A DNA stretch of 64,000 nt from Octopus vulgaris (lineage: Eukaryota): positions 170,438,001 to 170,502,000 of the forward strand of contig OX597814.1 of the NCBI GenBank assembly GCA_951406725.2, written 5' to 3'. Position numbers and translations under genes: made by a program. The notes below the pieces were generated by a model. That model was given only the letters and a program-made list of their open reading frames with translations. It was not told where the DNA came from and searched no databases. Below, piece by piece: positions 1-56,996 of the stretch; within the stretch, counting starts at the first letter, position 1, and every line of letters starts with the position of its first letter.

Positions 1-117
1 ATTTATCCAACTAAAAAATCACTTCAAGGTGGTACTCCAACATAGCCGCACCAAGTGACTGAAACAAGCAAAAGAATAAAAGAAGAATAAACTACTTACC
101 ATACAGCCACTCCTGCG

Positions 118-154
<37 letters not shown>

Positions 155-157
<3 letters not shown>

Positions 158-530
158 CGTAGTAAGTAGTTTGTTTACCAACCACATGGTTCCAAGTTCA
201 GTCCCATTGCATGGCACCTTGAGCAAGTGTCTTCTACTATAGCCTCAGGCTAACCAAAACCTTGTGAGTGGATTTGGTAAGAGGAAACTGAAAGAAGCCT
301 TTTGTATATATGTATATAAGTATGTGTCTGTGTTTGTCCCCCATCAACATTGCTTGACAACCGATGCTGGTGTGTTATGTCCCCATAACTTTGCAGTTTG
401 GCAAAAGAGACCAATAGAATAAGTACTAGGCTTAGAAAGAATAAGTCCTGGGGTCGATTTGTTCGACTAAACGTGGTGCTCCAGCATGGCTGCAGTCAAA
501 TGACTGAAACAAGTAAAAGAATAGAAGAAT
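155..530 (+). mobile_element. tRNA-derived SINE, family with ccttgggcaagtgtcttctactatagcc core; other copies near 2600(-), 6030, 8635, 13550, 18820, 20945(-), 29140(-), 41010, 58390(-), 58770
   Basis: Recurring dispersed sequence with a B-box-like ggttcagtccc and a conserved body. Confidence 0.8.
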
Positions 531-732
531 ACACACACACACACATGTATGTATGTATATACATCTATATAAATTAGTCTTTTCAGCCTAATTAAGTTGG
601 GTATTCTCTAACATTTATCAGTTGAAATTCATTAATTACATAACATTATTTACTAACTATTCAAAATAATATTCTTGCTTCCCCAATAAATTCCTTTTCT
701 TTCTTTTTTTATTTCTGCTACTTACTTTTTAG

Positions 733-47190
<46,458 letters not shown>

Positions 47191-49550
47191 CTGCACGTTC
47201 TCAACTAGATTTGACAGTTGTGCGATATCACTGGTTTTCATCATAGCATTCAATGCACTTGCGTGTGTGTGTGTAGGTTGTGTGTTTGTATAAGACGATG
47301 TGTATGTATGTATGTTGACATGACATACATTGATAAACTTATCAATGAACTTCAAGCAACATTTAAGGGGTTCCTTGCATTGTGGACCTCCTTTTCTTTT
47401 TTTTTTTTTTTTCCTTCCTTCCTTCGGTCCATTCCTAGTCAGCCATTCAGCTAGATCAACGAGGTGGTGTATGAGAGAGAAATGCTCATTGCTTCGGCTG
47501 ACCATTTTTAACTGCCAACCTAGCCTACTGCCAATCCAGCCCTCCAGCTAACAAGGCTGCTCTCTTCAACATCAACCAAGCAATGATCTCAACAGTAAAG
47601 GGAACTCACTCACCACAATGTTCCATGAACATTGTATTCTTTATCCAACCAGTCCATTATCATATTGACATTAAGTGTCACCACATATGTTGTTTTACTG
47701 CTTTGCTACCATTCTATATCACAGCTAGGTAGTTCAGAACGCAGTGAGTAAAAGAGAAGAATGGTTCATTATGATATTATTTTTACAACCCTCATCTGAA
47801 TGTATACAGGCTGTTCAAATCCACCTCAATGTACTTTCGTTATATAATCTTCACCGCATTCATTTCTCAATTGAAAATATCAGAAAAATTCAATAAATTT
47901 CTAATATATGCGCACACATGTGCTTACACACCTATATACTCTCTTTCTCTCCCTCACAGAATTGTGTGGGTATATTATACAGCTACATGCATCTGTTTCA
48001 TATTAGTTAGTATAGTACTTCTACTACCATTACTAAATGGTGCAAAGATTTAAAGAGGCTCTTTGTAGAATCTTGGAACCTAAGGCCATCATTTCATATC
48101 CCAATACAGGCAATGCACTGTGTTCTTAGTAAAAACACTTAACTCTCGCCACCCAATTAAAAACTCATCATTATCCTTTACATCATTGTTATAATAACCA
48201 GCATTGACCAGAGATAGTTTACCATTCTACAGCTCAGATATTCAATACATGCAACTTGATCACAAAGATCTCTTAATAACAAAATGCTTTACTCCAGACT
48301 ATTATTATTATTGCTGCTGTTTGCAGGATCGTTAGTGCCTCAGACAAAATGCTTAGTGGCATTTCTTCCAGCTCTTTAAATACAGGTTTCAAATTCTACT
48401 GAGGTTGACTTTACCTTTCATCCTTCAAGGTATGATAGGAAACAAAAAGTACCAGTGGAGCTTTCGGGTTGATGCAATCAACACGCCAACTTTTCTCAAA
48501 ATTGCTGACCTTGTGTCAGAATAAGAAAGTATTATAATTATTATTATTATTATTAACTCCCATTGACCGCTAGTCTTATTGGTTCTGTATTGAGGGTGTG
48601 GTCGGTGTGAGCGGGAAAAAATATATTGATTTTATCATTGCCTTAATTAATGTTCTTTGTCCAATGCTGGGTATGTATTTAACACCACCACCACCACCCT
48701 CACCATCATCAGCAAATCTAAACCAATTCCAGATCTGATGCTGACATTGCTAGCAAGTAAGATACTCAGTTCTGCCAAAAAATTTTTCCTTTACTATGTA
48801 AAGTTTAGCTGTGGAGATTTCTGTGCTGACTCTTCTCAATCAATGCCTTTCAGTATCTCTGTATTTGTTCGTTAGGTTACTTAATTGCTATACATTTGCC
48901 CTACCCTCAGTCATCTTGTATGTATTACATACGTTATGTATATATATGTGTGCTCTTTATAGGTATATGTATAGGTTTATTATCTTAGGGTGGTGGAAGT
49001 GAAGAGTTAAACTGAAACAGGGTATTTTCTTTGAAACGAAATAAATGAAATCAAAACCCAAACCCAAACAACAACCGTTGATGTATTAAAACTGTCTTTC
49101 CCCTCTGTCTACCTCTCTGGTTGCTAGTGAGTAAAGATTTCCTTTCTAGAAACCCCCCATTTCTAACTAGAACTTCTCAGTTGACAAGAAACTTAACCTA
49201 TCATTTTGTGATGTTTGTAGCCGGGCCGAAGTCACCTCGATTGACGTACAAATTTCATCAAGACACATAAATCATTTAAGTGAAAGATAACATCACCCCC
49301 ACCACCACATAGGTTGTTTCTATCTCTCAGTTTTTTGGTTTTTTTTAGTTTTACGCAATTTCCATCAAAACTTTAGAAAGCTTTTGATTTTTTTTATATG
49401 CATATTTTTATTACAGTTTTTTTAGCAAATTCATCTTTTCATTGATTTTTATATTATTAATTTTTTTTTTTCTTTAAACTGTGGCAACATAAATTTGTAA
49501 ACAACAGCAAAATGTTTACTGAATAAAATTAATTCCGCTCTCTAATATAT
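47191..49550 (+). other. Probable EZH2 3' UTR (~2.3 kb)
   Basis: Mostly unique AU-rich sequence after the stop. AATAAA at 49522-49527 is preceded by U-rich tracts and TGTA and followed by a GT/T-rich element; dense repeats resume after it. Alternative AATAAA at 47892. Confidence 0.6.
49522..49527 (+). terminator. Candidate polyadenylation signal of EZH2
   Basis: AATAAA followed ~25 nt later by atgtggtctgcttgttctttt. Confidence 0.55.
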
Positions 49551-50341
49551 ATGTGGTCTGCTTGTTCTTTTCATTCATTATTTTGAATGCATCTTAAAAT
49601 TAATTTGACTCATTAGTGTGAGAGAATATCAATTTCATCATTTTAAATCACTGACTTGGCTGTGTGGTTAAGAAGCTTGCTTTACAACCATGTAGTTTGT
49701 GGTTCAATCCCACTGCATGGCGTCCTAGGTATGTGTCTTCTATAAAAAAGGTAAGGAGCTCCTGTGGTCATGAATGACCATGTGATTTCACTTAGAAAGT
49801 TACTATCCAAGAGCAAGGTTGTTCATGGAAGACCAGCAGTCACCCATGCATACCAGCCTCCTCTCTCCATGCCACCGATGTTATCCAAGGGAAAGACAAA
49901 GGTTGACACAGCTTGGCACTAGTGACACCACAACTCATTTCTACAGCTGAGTGAACTGAAGCGACATGAAGTAAGGTGTCTAGTTCAAGAACACAGCACA
50001 CAGCCCAGTCTGAGAATCGAACTCACAACCTCATGATTGTGAGACTGACGTTCTAACCACTGAGCCATCCACCTTCAGCACCAGACCAACTAAAGCCTTG
50101 TGAATGAATTTAATAGAAACTCTGGAAGCCTGTCATGTATATGTATTTATGGGTTTGTCCCTCCCATTACTTGGCAACTGGTGTTGTTTTGTTTACATCC
50201 CTGTAACTTAGTGGTCTGGCAAAAGTGACTGATAGAAAATATACTGGGATCGATTTAGTCAGCTAAACCCTTCAAAGCAGTGCTCTAACATGGTCGCAAT
50301 CCAGGAACTGGAATAAGTAACAGGTAGGTATTAATTATGTC

Positions 50342-50719
50342 ACTAAAGACATGGTTGTTTTTTCTAGCGTGCCAAGTGAGGATGCAGGGTGTTTCTGTTT
50401 TGATTTGAAGGCATTCCAGCCATGACCATCACAACTTGTTTATCTACGAATACATCTTCATGTACTCCATTTTTCAAGATGGCAGAGTATGACCTGAGGG
50501 ACACTAACTACTCAGACTCCATCCTTTCTTCTCCAGGCTGTTTTCTGACACTGGGTCCACCTAGTTCTTACTCCAATATAGTGAAAAATGGAGGATATGA
50601 AGATGTTGTATTCATAGATAAACAAATTGTGATGGCCATGGCTGGAATGCCTTCGAATCAAAACGGAAACACCCTGCATCATCACTTGGCATGCTAGAAA
50701 AGACAACTATGTCTTTAGT
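50342..50719. repeat. Inverted repeat, ~135-bp arms, ~105-bp spacer
   Basis: 50342-50476 is the imperfect reverse complement of 50582-50719. Confidence 0.88.
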
Positions 50720-51154
50720 TACAGGAAGGGCACCTGACCATAGAAAATTTGCCTCAATGAATTCCAAATGACCCATAGAAGCATGAAAAAAAGTGGATGT
50801 TAAAACGATGATGATGATAATCATGATGTCTTCCTCAAATCACTTCCATTTTAGAACAAGAAAAGCACATTTGATCATATAGTTCTATATCTAGAGAAGA
50901 ACGGAAAGCTTGCAACTAGAATGCCTTTGATCTATAAACCTGTTCAGGAAACTTGCTACAAGGCAATAAGGTGTTTCATTGTGACCTTTTGACCAATTCT
51001 CCCTCAATTCATACATTTTTGTTTTAAAAAGGAAGAACGCATTATAAAATGTAGTCCCTGGTACACTGAAAAAAAGTAAAGTCTATATCATAAGTCATTG
51101 CTCTCTCTCTCTCTCTTTCAACTGTTTAAGAATGTATGAGACATTTTAAAAGAT

Positions 51155-52232
51155 TCCTAGTTTCGGCACAAGGCCAGTAATTTTGAGGGGAGGGTGGCTA
51201 GTTGACTACATCGACCTCAGTAAATTAGCGGTATTTCGCCCGTCAAAAAAGGCGGTGAGCTGGCAGAAACGTTAGCACGCCAAGCAAGATGCTTAGTGGT
51301 ATTTCGTCTGCCGTTACGTTCTGAGTTCAAATTCCGCCGAGGTTGACTTTGCCTTTCATCCTTTCAGGGTTGATAAATTAAGTACCAGTTACGCACTGGG
51401 GTCGATATAATCGACTTAATCCGTCTGTCTGTCTCCTCTGTGTTTAGACCCTTGTGGGTAGTAAAGAAATACGCATTTCGCCCGGCTTCATATTAAGGCG
51501 GTGAGCAGGCAGAAACGTTAGCACGCCGGGCGAAATGCGTAGCCGTATTTCGTCTGCCGTTACGTTCTGAGTTCAAATTCCGCCGAGATTGACTTTGCCT
51601 TTCATCCTTTCGGAGTCGATTAAATAAGTACCAGTTACGCACTGGGATCGATATAATCGACTTAATCCGTTTGTTTGTCCTTTCTGTGTGTAGTAAAGAA
51701 ATAGGTCGATGAATCAGTTGAATGCTGAGATCGATGTAATCGACTATCCCCCTCCTCCAAATTTCAGGCCTTGTGCCTATAGCAGAAAGGATTATTATTA
51801 TTATTGGTAGAATCTTTAGCACGCCGGGCAAAATGTTTTGCAGCATTTCGCCCGTCTTCACGTTCTAAGTTCAAATTCCGCTGAGGTCGCCTTTATCTTT
51901 TCGGGGTCGATAAAATAGGTATCAGTTGAGTACTGGGGTTGATGTGATCGACTTAGCGCCTCCCCGCAAATTTCAGGCCTTGTGCCTATAATAAAAAGGA
52001 TTATTATTAAGACGATGAGGAGCTGGCAGAATCGTTAGCACGCCAGGCAAAATGCTTTGCAGCATTTCGTCCGTCTTCATATTCTGAGTTCAATTTCCGC
52101 TGTGGTCGATTTTGCCTTTCATCCTTTCGGAGTCGATAAATTAAGTACCAGTGAAACACGGGTCGATGTGATCGACTAGTCCTCTTCCCTAAAATTTCAG
52201 GCCTTGTTCTTATAGTAGAAAGGGTTATTATT
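51155..52232 (+). mobile_element. Head-to-tail or nested cluster of ~5 Deu/Nin-type SINEs
   Basis: Repeated heads at 51251, 51497, ~51805 and ~52018 with shared cores. Confidence 0.85.
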
Positions 52233-52320
52233 ATATATGTTGTTATTGCTTCTACTACTGCTGGGGTTTTAAAAACATATCAGTCCTTCAAACCCCATTA
52301 TGCTGTATGATGTAACCAGT

Positions 52321-52387
<67 letters not shown>

Positions 52388-54243
52388 TTCTATTTATCTA
52401 CCTGTCTATCTTTGAGTGGTAAGACATAATGCCACTACTTTGGTGCCACCCACCCACCATCTGTTCTTCGGGTGCTTTTAGTGGAGTTCGCATTCTGTCC
52501 AGGCCTCTAGCAGGAGATTCTCACTTTTCAGTACACACAGCGACACCTTCTATTCCCCGGAACGTAAAACAAATATTTAAAAAAAAACACAGAAGTGACC
52601 CCTTTTTTTCGAATGTTCATGGACGTTGTTCCAACCTGGATCCACTCAACAGCTCTGACTTTACAGGCTTCTCTACTGTTTCCATGTATCAAATTCCAAT
52701 CACAGTATATTGGTCAAGCCAAAGTTACAGTGAAAGTCACTTTACCAATGTACCCCACGGTGGAGAGGAGAATATCCAAACATGGAACCACATAGTTGCA
52801 GAAAAAACTTCTTAATCACAGGTCATACATGCATTTGTATTTTTAGAATTTGATATTGTCTTTCACATTTTGTTTTCTTCATTTCAAAACCAAACATTTC
52901 TCATTCTTGGGTGGAAAATTTCTTTCTTCAAATAATAATCAATTTAGAAAAATATAAAACCAGTTTTTTTTTGGAGGGGGTTATATTTTTTATTTATATA
53001 TTTTTCTAATTTCTTTATTTCTTTTATGTAGTAATACAATTTTTCTTTAGCTAACAGGAATCATTTTGGCATCATTATATCACCATTATCAATAAACGTC
53101 AAAGAAATTGGTTAATATTTGGAGGAAAAGAGTGTAGTTGGGAAATGTTAATTGTTAAACGAAGTAGTGACAATTATTTCATGATTAGAATATTGATTGT
53201 TGCTGCTACACCAAAACTTGCGACAATGAATTCAGGATAAATTGGAACATTGAGATTATAAAAGCTTTTAAACGGCTAAAAGAAATCTTGAAGAATAAAT
53301 CTGTGTGTGCGCGCGCGCCGTCAGATAAATTTGAAAATTAAACCCCAAACTTTGTCCAGAGCAGGTAACACTGAGGTAGGAAGTCAGCTATAAGAACGAT
53401 CTTTGTCGAGTGAGTACAGAAGGAGAAAAGATAAATAAAAGTAGATATAAGGAACGTATTTACATGGAAAGTTGCGTATACAAATTAATGATGTAATCAA
53501 GTCTTATCTTTACAGCTGTTTCGAATAATAGATGACCATGTGCATTGCGTAATAAGTTCCAATTATGTGTGTGTGTGTAATAATAGAGAGAGAAAGAGAA
53601 AGTTGTGTCTTGAAATGTAGCGGTATTAAGTTTGCTGGTTAGGGAAAATGAAAGTGAATGCTTGTCGGGATAGCGATAGTAAGAGAATGATAATGATGAA
53701 TAGCATGTTGTACAGGTGAGTAAACGAAAGGATGTATTGGATATCAATGGATCCGATGCTGTCCCTCATTACTCAGAGAGTATGATTGGAGAGAGCGCGG
53801 AAATGAAAGTAAGAGTGAAGGTGTGATAGTGGCTGAGTCATGGTGTATGAACAAGAGCGGGGTATATAAATGAGAGGGTATCGAATAAATACGTGAGACA
53901 GCAGATGGAGAATTACCAAAACGGTTCAAATGAGAATATACAGCATATTATATATCCTCGCATTTGAAAGGGACTATGAACCTATTTACTCCGGTGGCTG
54001 TTAGTGCTTGATACTTCGAAGCACTTGATACATACAAAGTTTACCTTCTCATATATATATATGTGTGTGTGTGTATTGATAGAAATGGTAAGACAACAAA
54101 AGAATGAAAGAGATCTCGATATTATGTAAATAGAGGAATTTATCTGTAAAATTGATAGAGATGGCGGCGTGGGTTTCCTCTCCGACATCCGAAACTTGGA
54201 GTTTTATCACAGCTACCGAATAATTGTCACATATTAATTTTAC

Positions 54244-54281
<38 letters not shown>

Positions 54282-54284
<3 letters not shown>

Positions 54285-54750
54285 TAAGTAATGAAAGATA
54301 ATCCACATGTGGTCACTCTAACGCTAGATATAGATCCACGAAGGGAATCCACCACTAAAGAATTGTTCTCAAGAATTAGTTTAACGCGCCAAGAATGTAA
54401 GCGAGCAGGACAAATGAAAAATAACGAAAAAATAGATTAACTCTATACAATTGCTTCACCGTTAATAGATTGTGTAATTTTACTTACATAATCATTTTCA
54501 GATCTTCAGTAGAGTATATCAAACAATATAATTTGCTGAGTCAAACACCAGTATTCACACGAACTATTATCGGTGAAACAATTGTATAGAGTTAATCTAT
54601 TTTTTCGTTATTTTTCATTTGTCCTGCTCACTTACATTCTTGGCGCGTTAAACTAATTCTTGAGAACAATTCTTTAGTGGCGGATTCCCTTCGTGGATCT
54701 ATATCTAGCGTTAGAGTGACCACATGTGGATTCTCTCTCATTACTTGTAT
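54282..54750. repeat. Long inverted repeat / foldback element, 187-bp arms, 95-bp spacer
   Basis: 54282-54468 vs 54564-54750, about 7 mismatches. Confidence 0.93.
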
Positions 54751-55349
54751 TAATAATTTTTACTGTATTCCAGTTTTTATACGCTAGGCCACTTGGTGTT
54801 TTAAATTGATGTTATTAATTAATATACAATTTTTTCACCCTTATTGTGATTTTATATACACACACATATATATATATATATATAAAGAGAGAGAGAGAGA
54901 GAGAGAGTATATCTTAAGTGTACAAGCAGATGTACGACTACTACTGTTATGTTTAGACTTCCTCGAAGATTATCATATTCCAGTTTTTTTCCAGTATAGT
55001 GGTTAAGTAACTACTATACTTAGTAATATAATTAGTTATGATATACAAAGTAAATATAGGAGAAATTACGATAAACAAGTTTATACTATTGGTTCCTACG
55101 TACGTTTCATCATCATGATTGTCTGGAGTTTGCATTAGGTATTTCAAGTGCATTTGGATACTTAACCATAACGAATCATCAGACAACACTTTATTGCACT
55201 AGGTTATGTAGAGCATTAGTTCTCTGTAACTTAATGCAATAAAGTGTTTCGAATCCCACGAGCAGCTGATCCAATGTTTGTATGCTGTTAATTATAACAT
55301 TATCTACTTCAAGTTTCACCGTTGAAGGGATTTATTATACCATACACAT

Positions 55350-55385
<36 letters not shown>

Positions 55386-55825
55386 GCGAGAGAGAGAGAG
55401 AGAGAGCGTACAGAGAGTTATCTGAGCTGAAAACTTCAGAGACATCTTCTCCGAGTTTCATGTAGTCGATCATCTACAAAAGAGTAAATTTGGAACAATA
55501 CAATGATTTTAGACAATACAATGAGAATCTGTTGAAAAATATACAATAAGTACTTAAAACTGGTTTGACTATTGGTTATTGCATGTTTCAAATAGAGTGA
55601 AGCTTTTGGATGAGTTGATTGAGCATTGACGAAAATAATATAAACGTAATGAAGGTGTTTTATATATATATATACACTTGCGTCGGAAATTAATTAGCAC
55701 TTTTCAAATTTCTACATTTTCTTAATTTAATTAACTTATTACCAGAAACAAACTCGTTTTTAATCAAAAATTTATTAAAACATATCCCAGCACACCACAT
55801 AATTGTTATTAATCGTGAAATTTAG

Positions 55826-56822
55826 TCAATATCTTGTTGCTCCTCCTTTGGCAGCAATGACAGCTGCTACGCTGGTCGGCATGCTGTCTATGAGTGCCTG
55901 CAGGTACTGTGTAGGGATGGCCCTCCATGCAGCAAGAAGTGCCCCAAACAGCTCGTGTCGGTTCCTGTATTGCTGCACATTCAAATCCCTACCCAATCGA
56001 CTCCAGAGGTTCTCAATAGGGTTCAGGTCAGGTGACTGGCCAGGCCAGTCCATGACCGTTACCCCATGGTCCTTGAAGAAACCGGTTGTGAGCTTGGCTG
56101 TGTGGGAAAGCGCGTTCTCCTGCTGGAGCACGTACTCCTCGCACCAAAGAGGTATCCCGTACTATCTCAACGTACTTTGCTGCGTTAATGTTGCCTTCGA
56201 CGGCATAGAGCCGCCCAACACCACTGTAGCTGAACGCCCCTCACACCATCAGACCACCCCCACCATGCTTCATGGTGGGAGCAATGCGGTCTTTGTTGAA
56301 GCGCTCACCCCTGCGGCGTCGCACATGGACAGGCTTGTCACTGACGAGACTGAATCGCGACTCGTCAGTGAACATCACTGTCCGCCACTGCTGCACGGTC
56401 CATATCTTGTGGGCACGGGCCAAGAGCAGCCGCCTCTTCCGGTTTTGGGCTGTAAGGAGCGGCTTACGGGCGGCCCTACAGGATTTTAGACCTGCTTCCA
56501 GTAATCTGGTCTTGACGGTGGTTGTAGGCAACTGCTTCCCTGTCATCTTTTGCATCTCCTTTGCCAGTTGCCGGCTCGTTGCCCTTCAGTTGTACAGTGA
56601 CTTTCGGATCAGCATCCGGTCCTCCCGCTGGGTCGTCAGCCTCTTCCGTCTCCTACCCTTTTTGTCAGCTGCTGATCCGGTTTCCTCGTATTTCTTAAAT
56701 AAGCACTGAATTGTGCGCCTGGCTACACTAAGTTTTCTGGCTATTGCAGCCTCCGACAGCTTCCCACGCCACGAGAAAGCCTCGTACCATCTCTCCAAGG
56801 TCATGCGAGGTCTTGGGCCCAT
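55826..56822 (-). pseudogene. Tc1 DD34E transposase pseudogene
   Basis: HTH, ARKPLL, FTDESRF, KHGGGGLMV, QQENA-x34-E (SPDLNPIENLW); two in-frame TGA stops, one frameshift, second catalytic D changed to E; AATAAA(-) at 55771-55776. Confidence 0.93.
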
Positions 56823-56981
56823 CTAGGAATGAACGATAAAAACCAGTTATTTTCATTAAAACTATTCATTTGAATAATGTTATGCAATAACAAAACTGCT
56901 ATGAGTTATTATTCATGAAACAAAAAAGAAAGAAAGCAGAATTTCTCACCTTATTTGATGTATAACAGAAAGTTTTGTGAA

Positions 56982-56996
56982 CCGGAAGTGACGTCA
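56982..56996 (+). promoter_or_regulatory. ETS-CRE composite motif CCGGAAGTGACGTCA in the Tc1 promoter region
   Basis: Exact 15-mer, 160 bp upstream of the transposase ATG. Confidence 0.65.

Noticed and set aside
55170-55256. Intact hammerhead ribozyme on the - strand (GAAAC-stem-GUU..CUGAUGA)
   Set aside because: Only 2 nt lie between the cleavage triplet and CUGAUGA (no stem I), and stem II cannot form
55803-56709. + strand ORFs of 228 and 145 aa
   Set aside because: Antisense shadows of the Tc1 transposase
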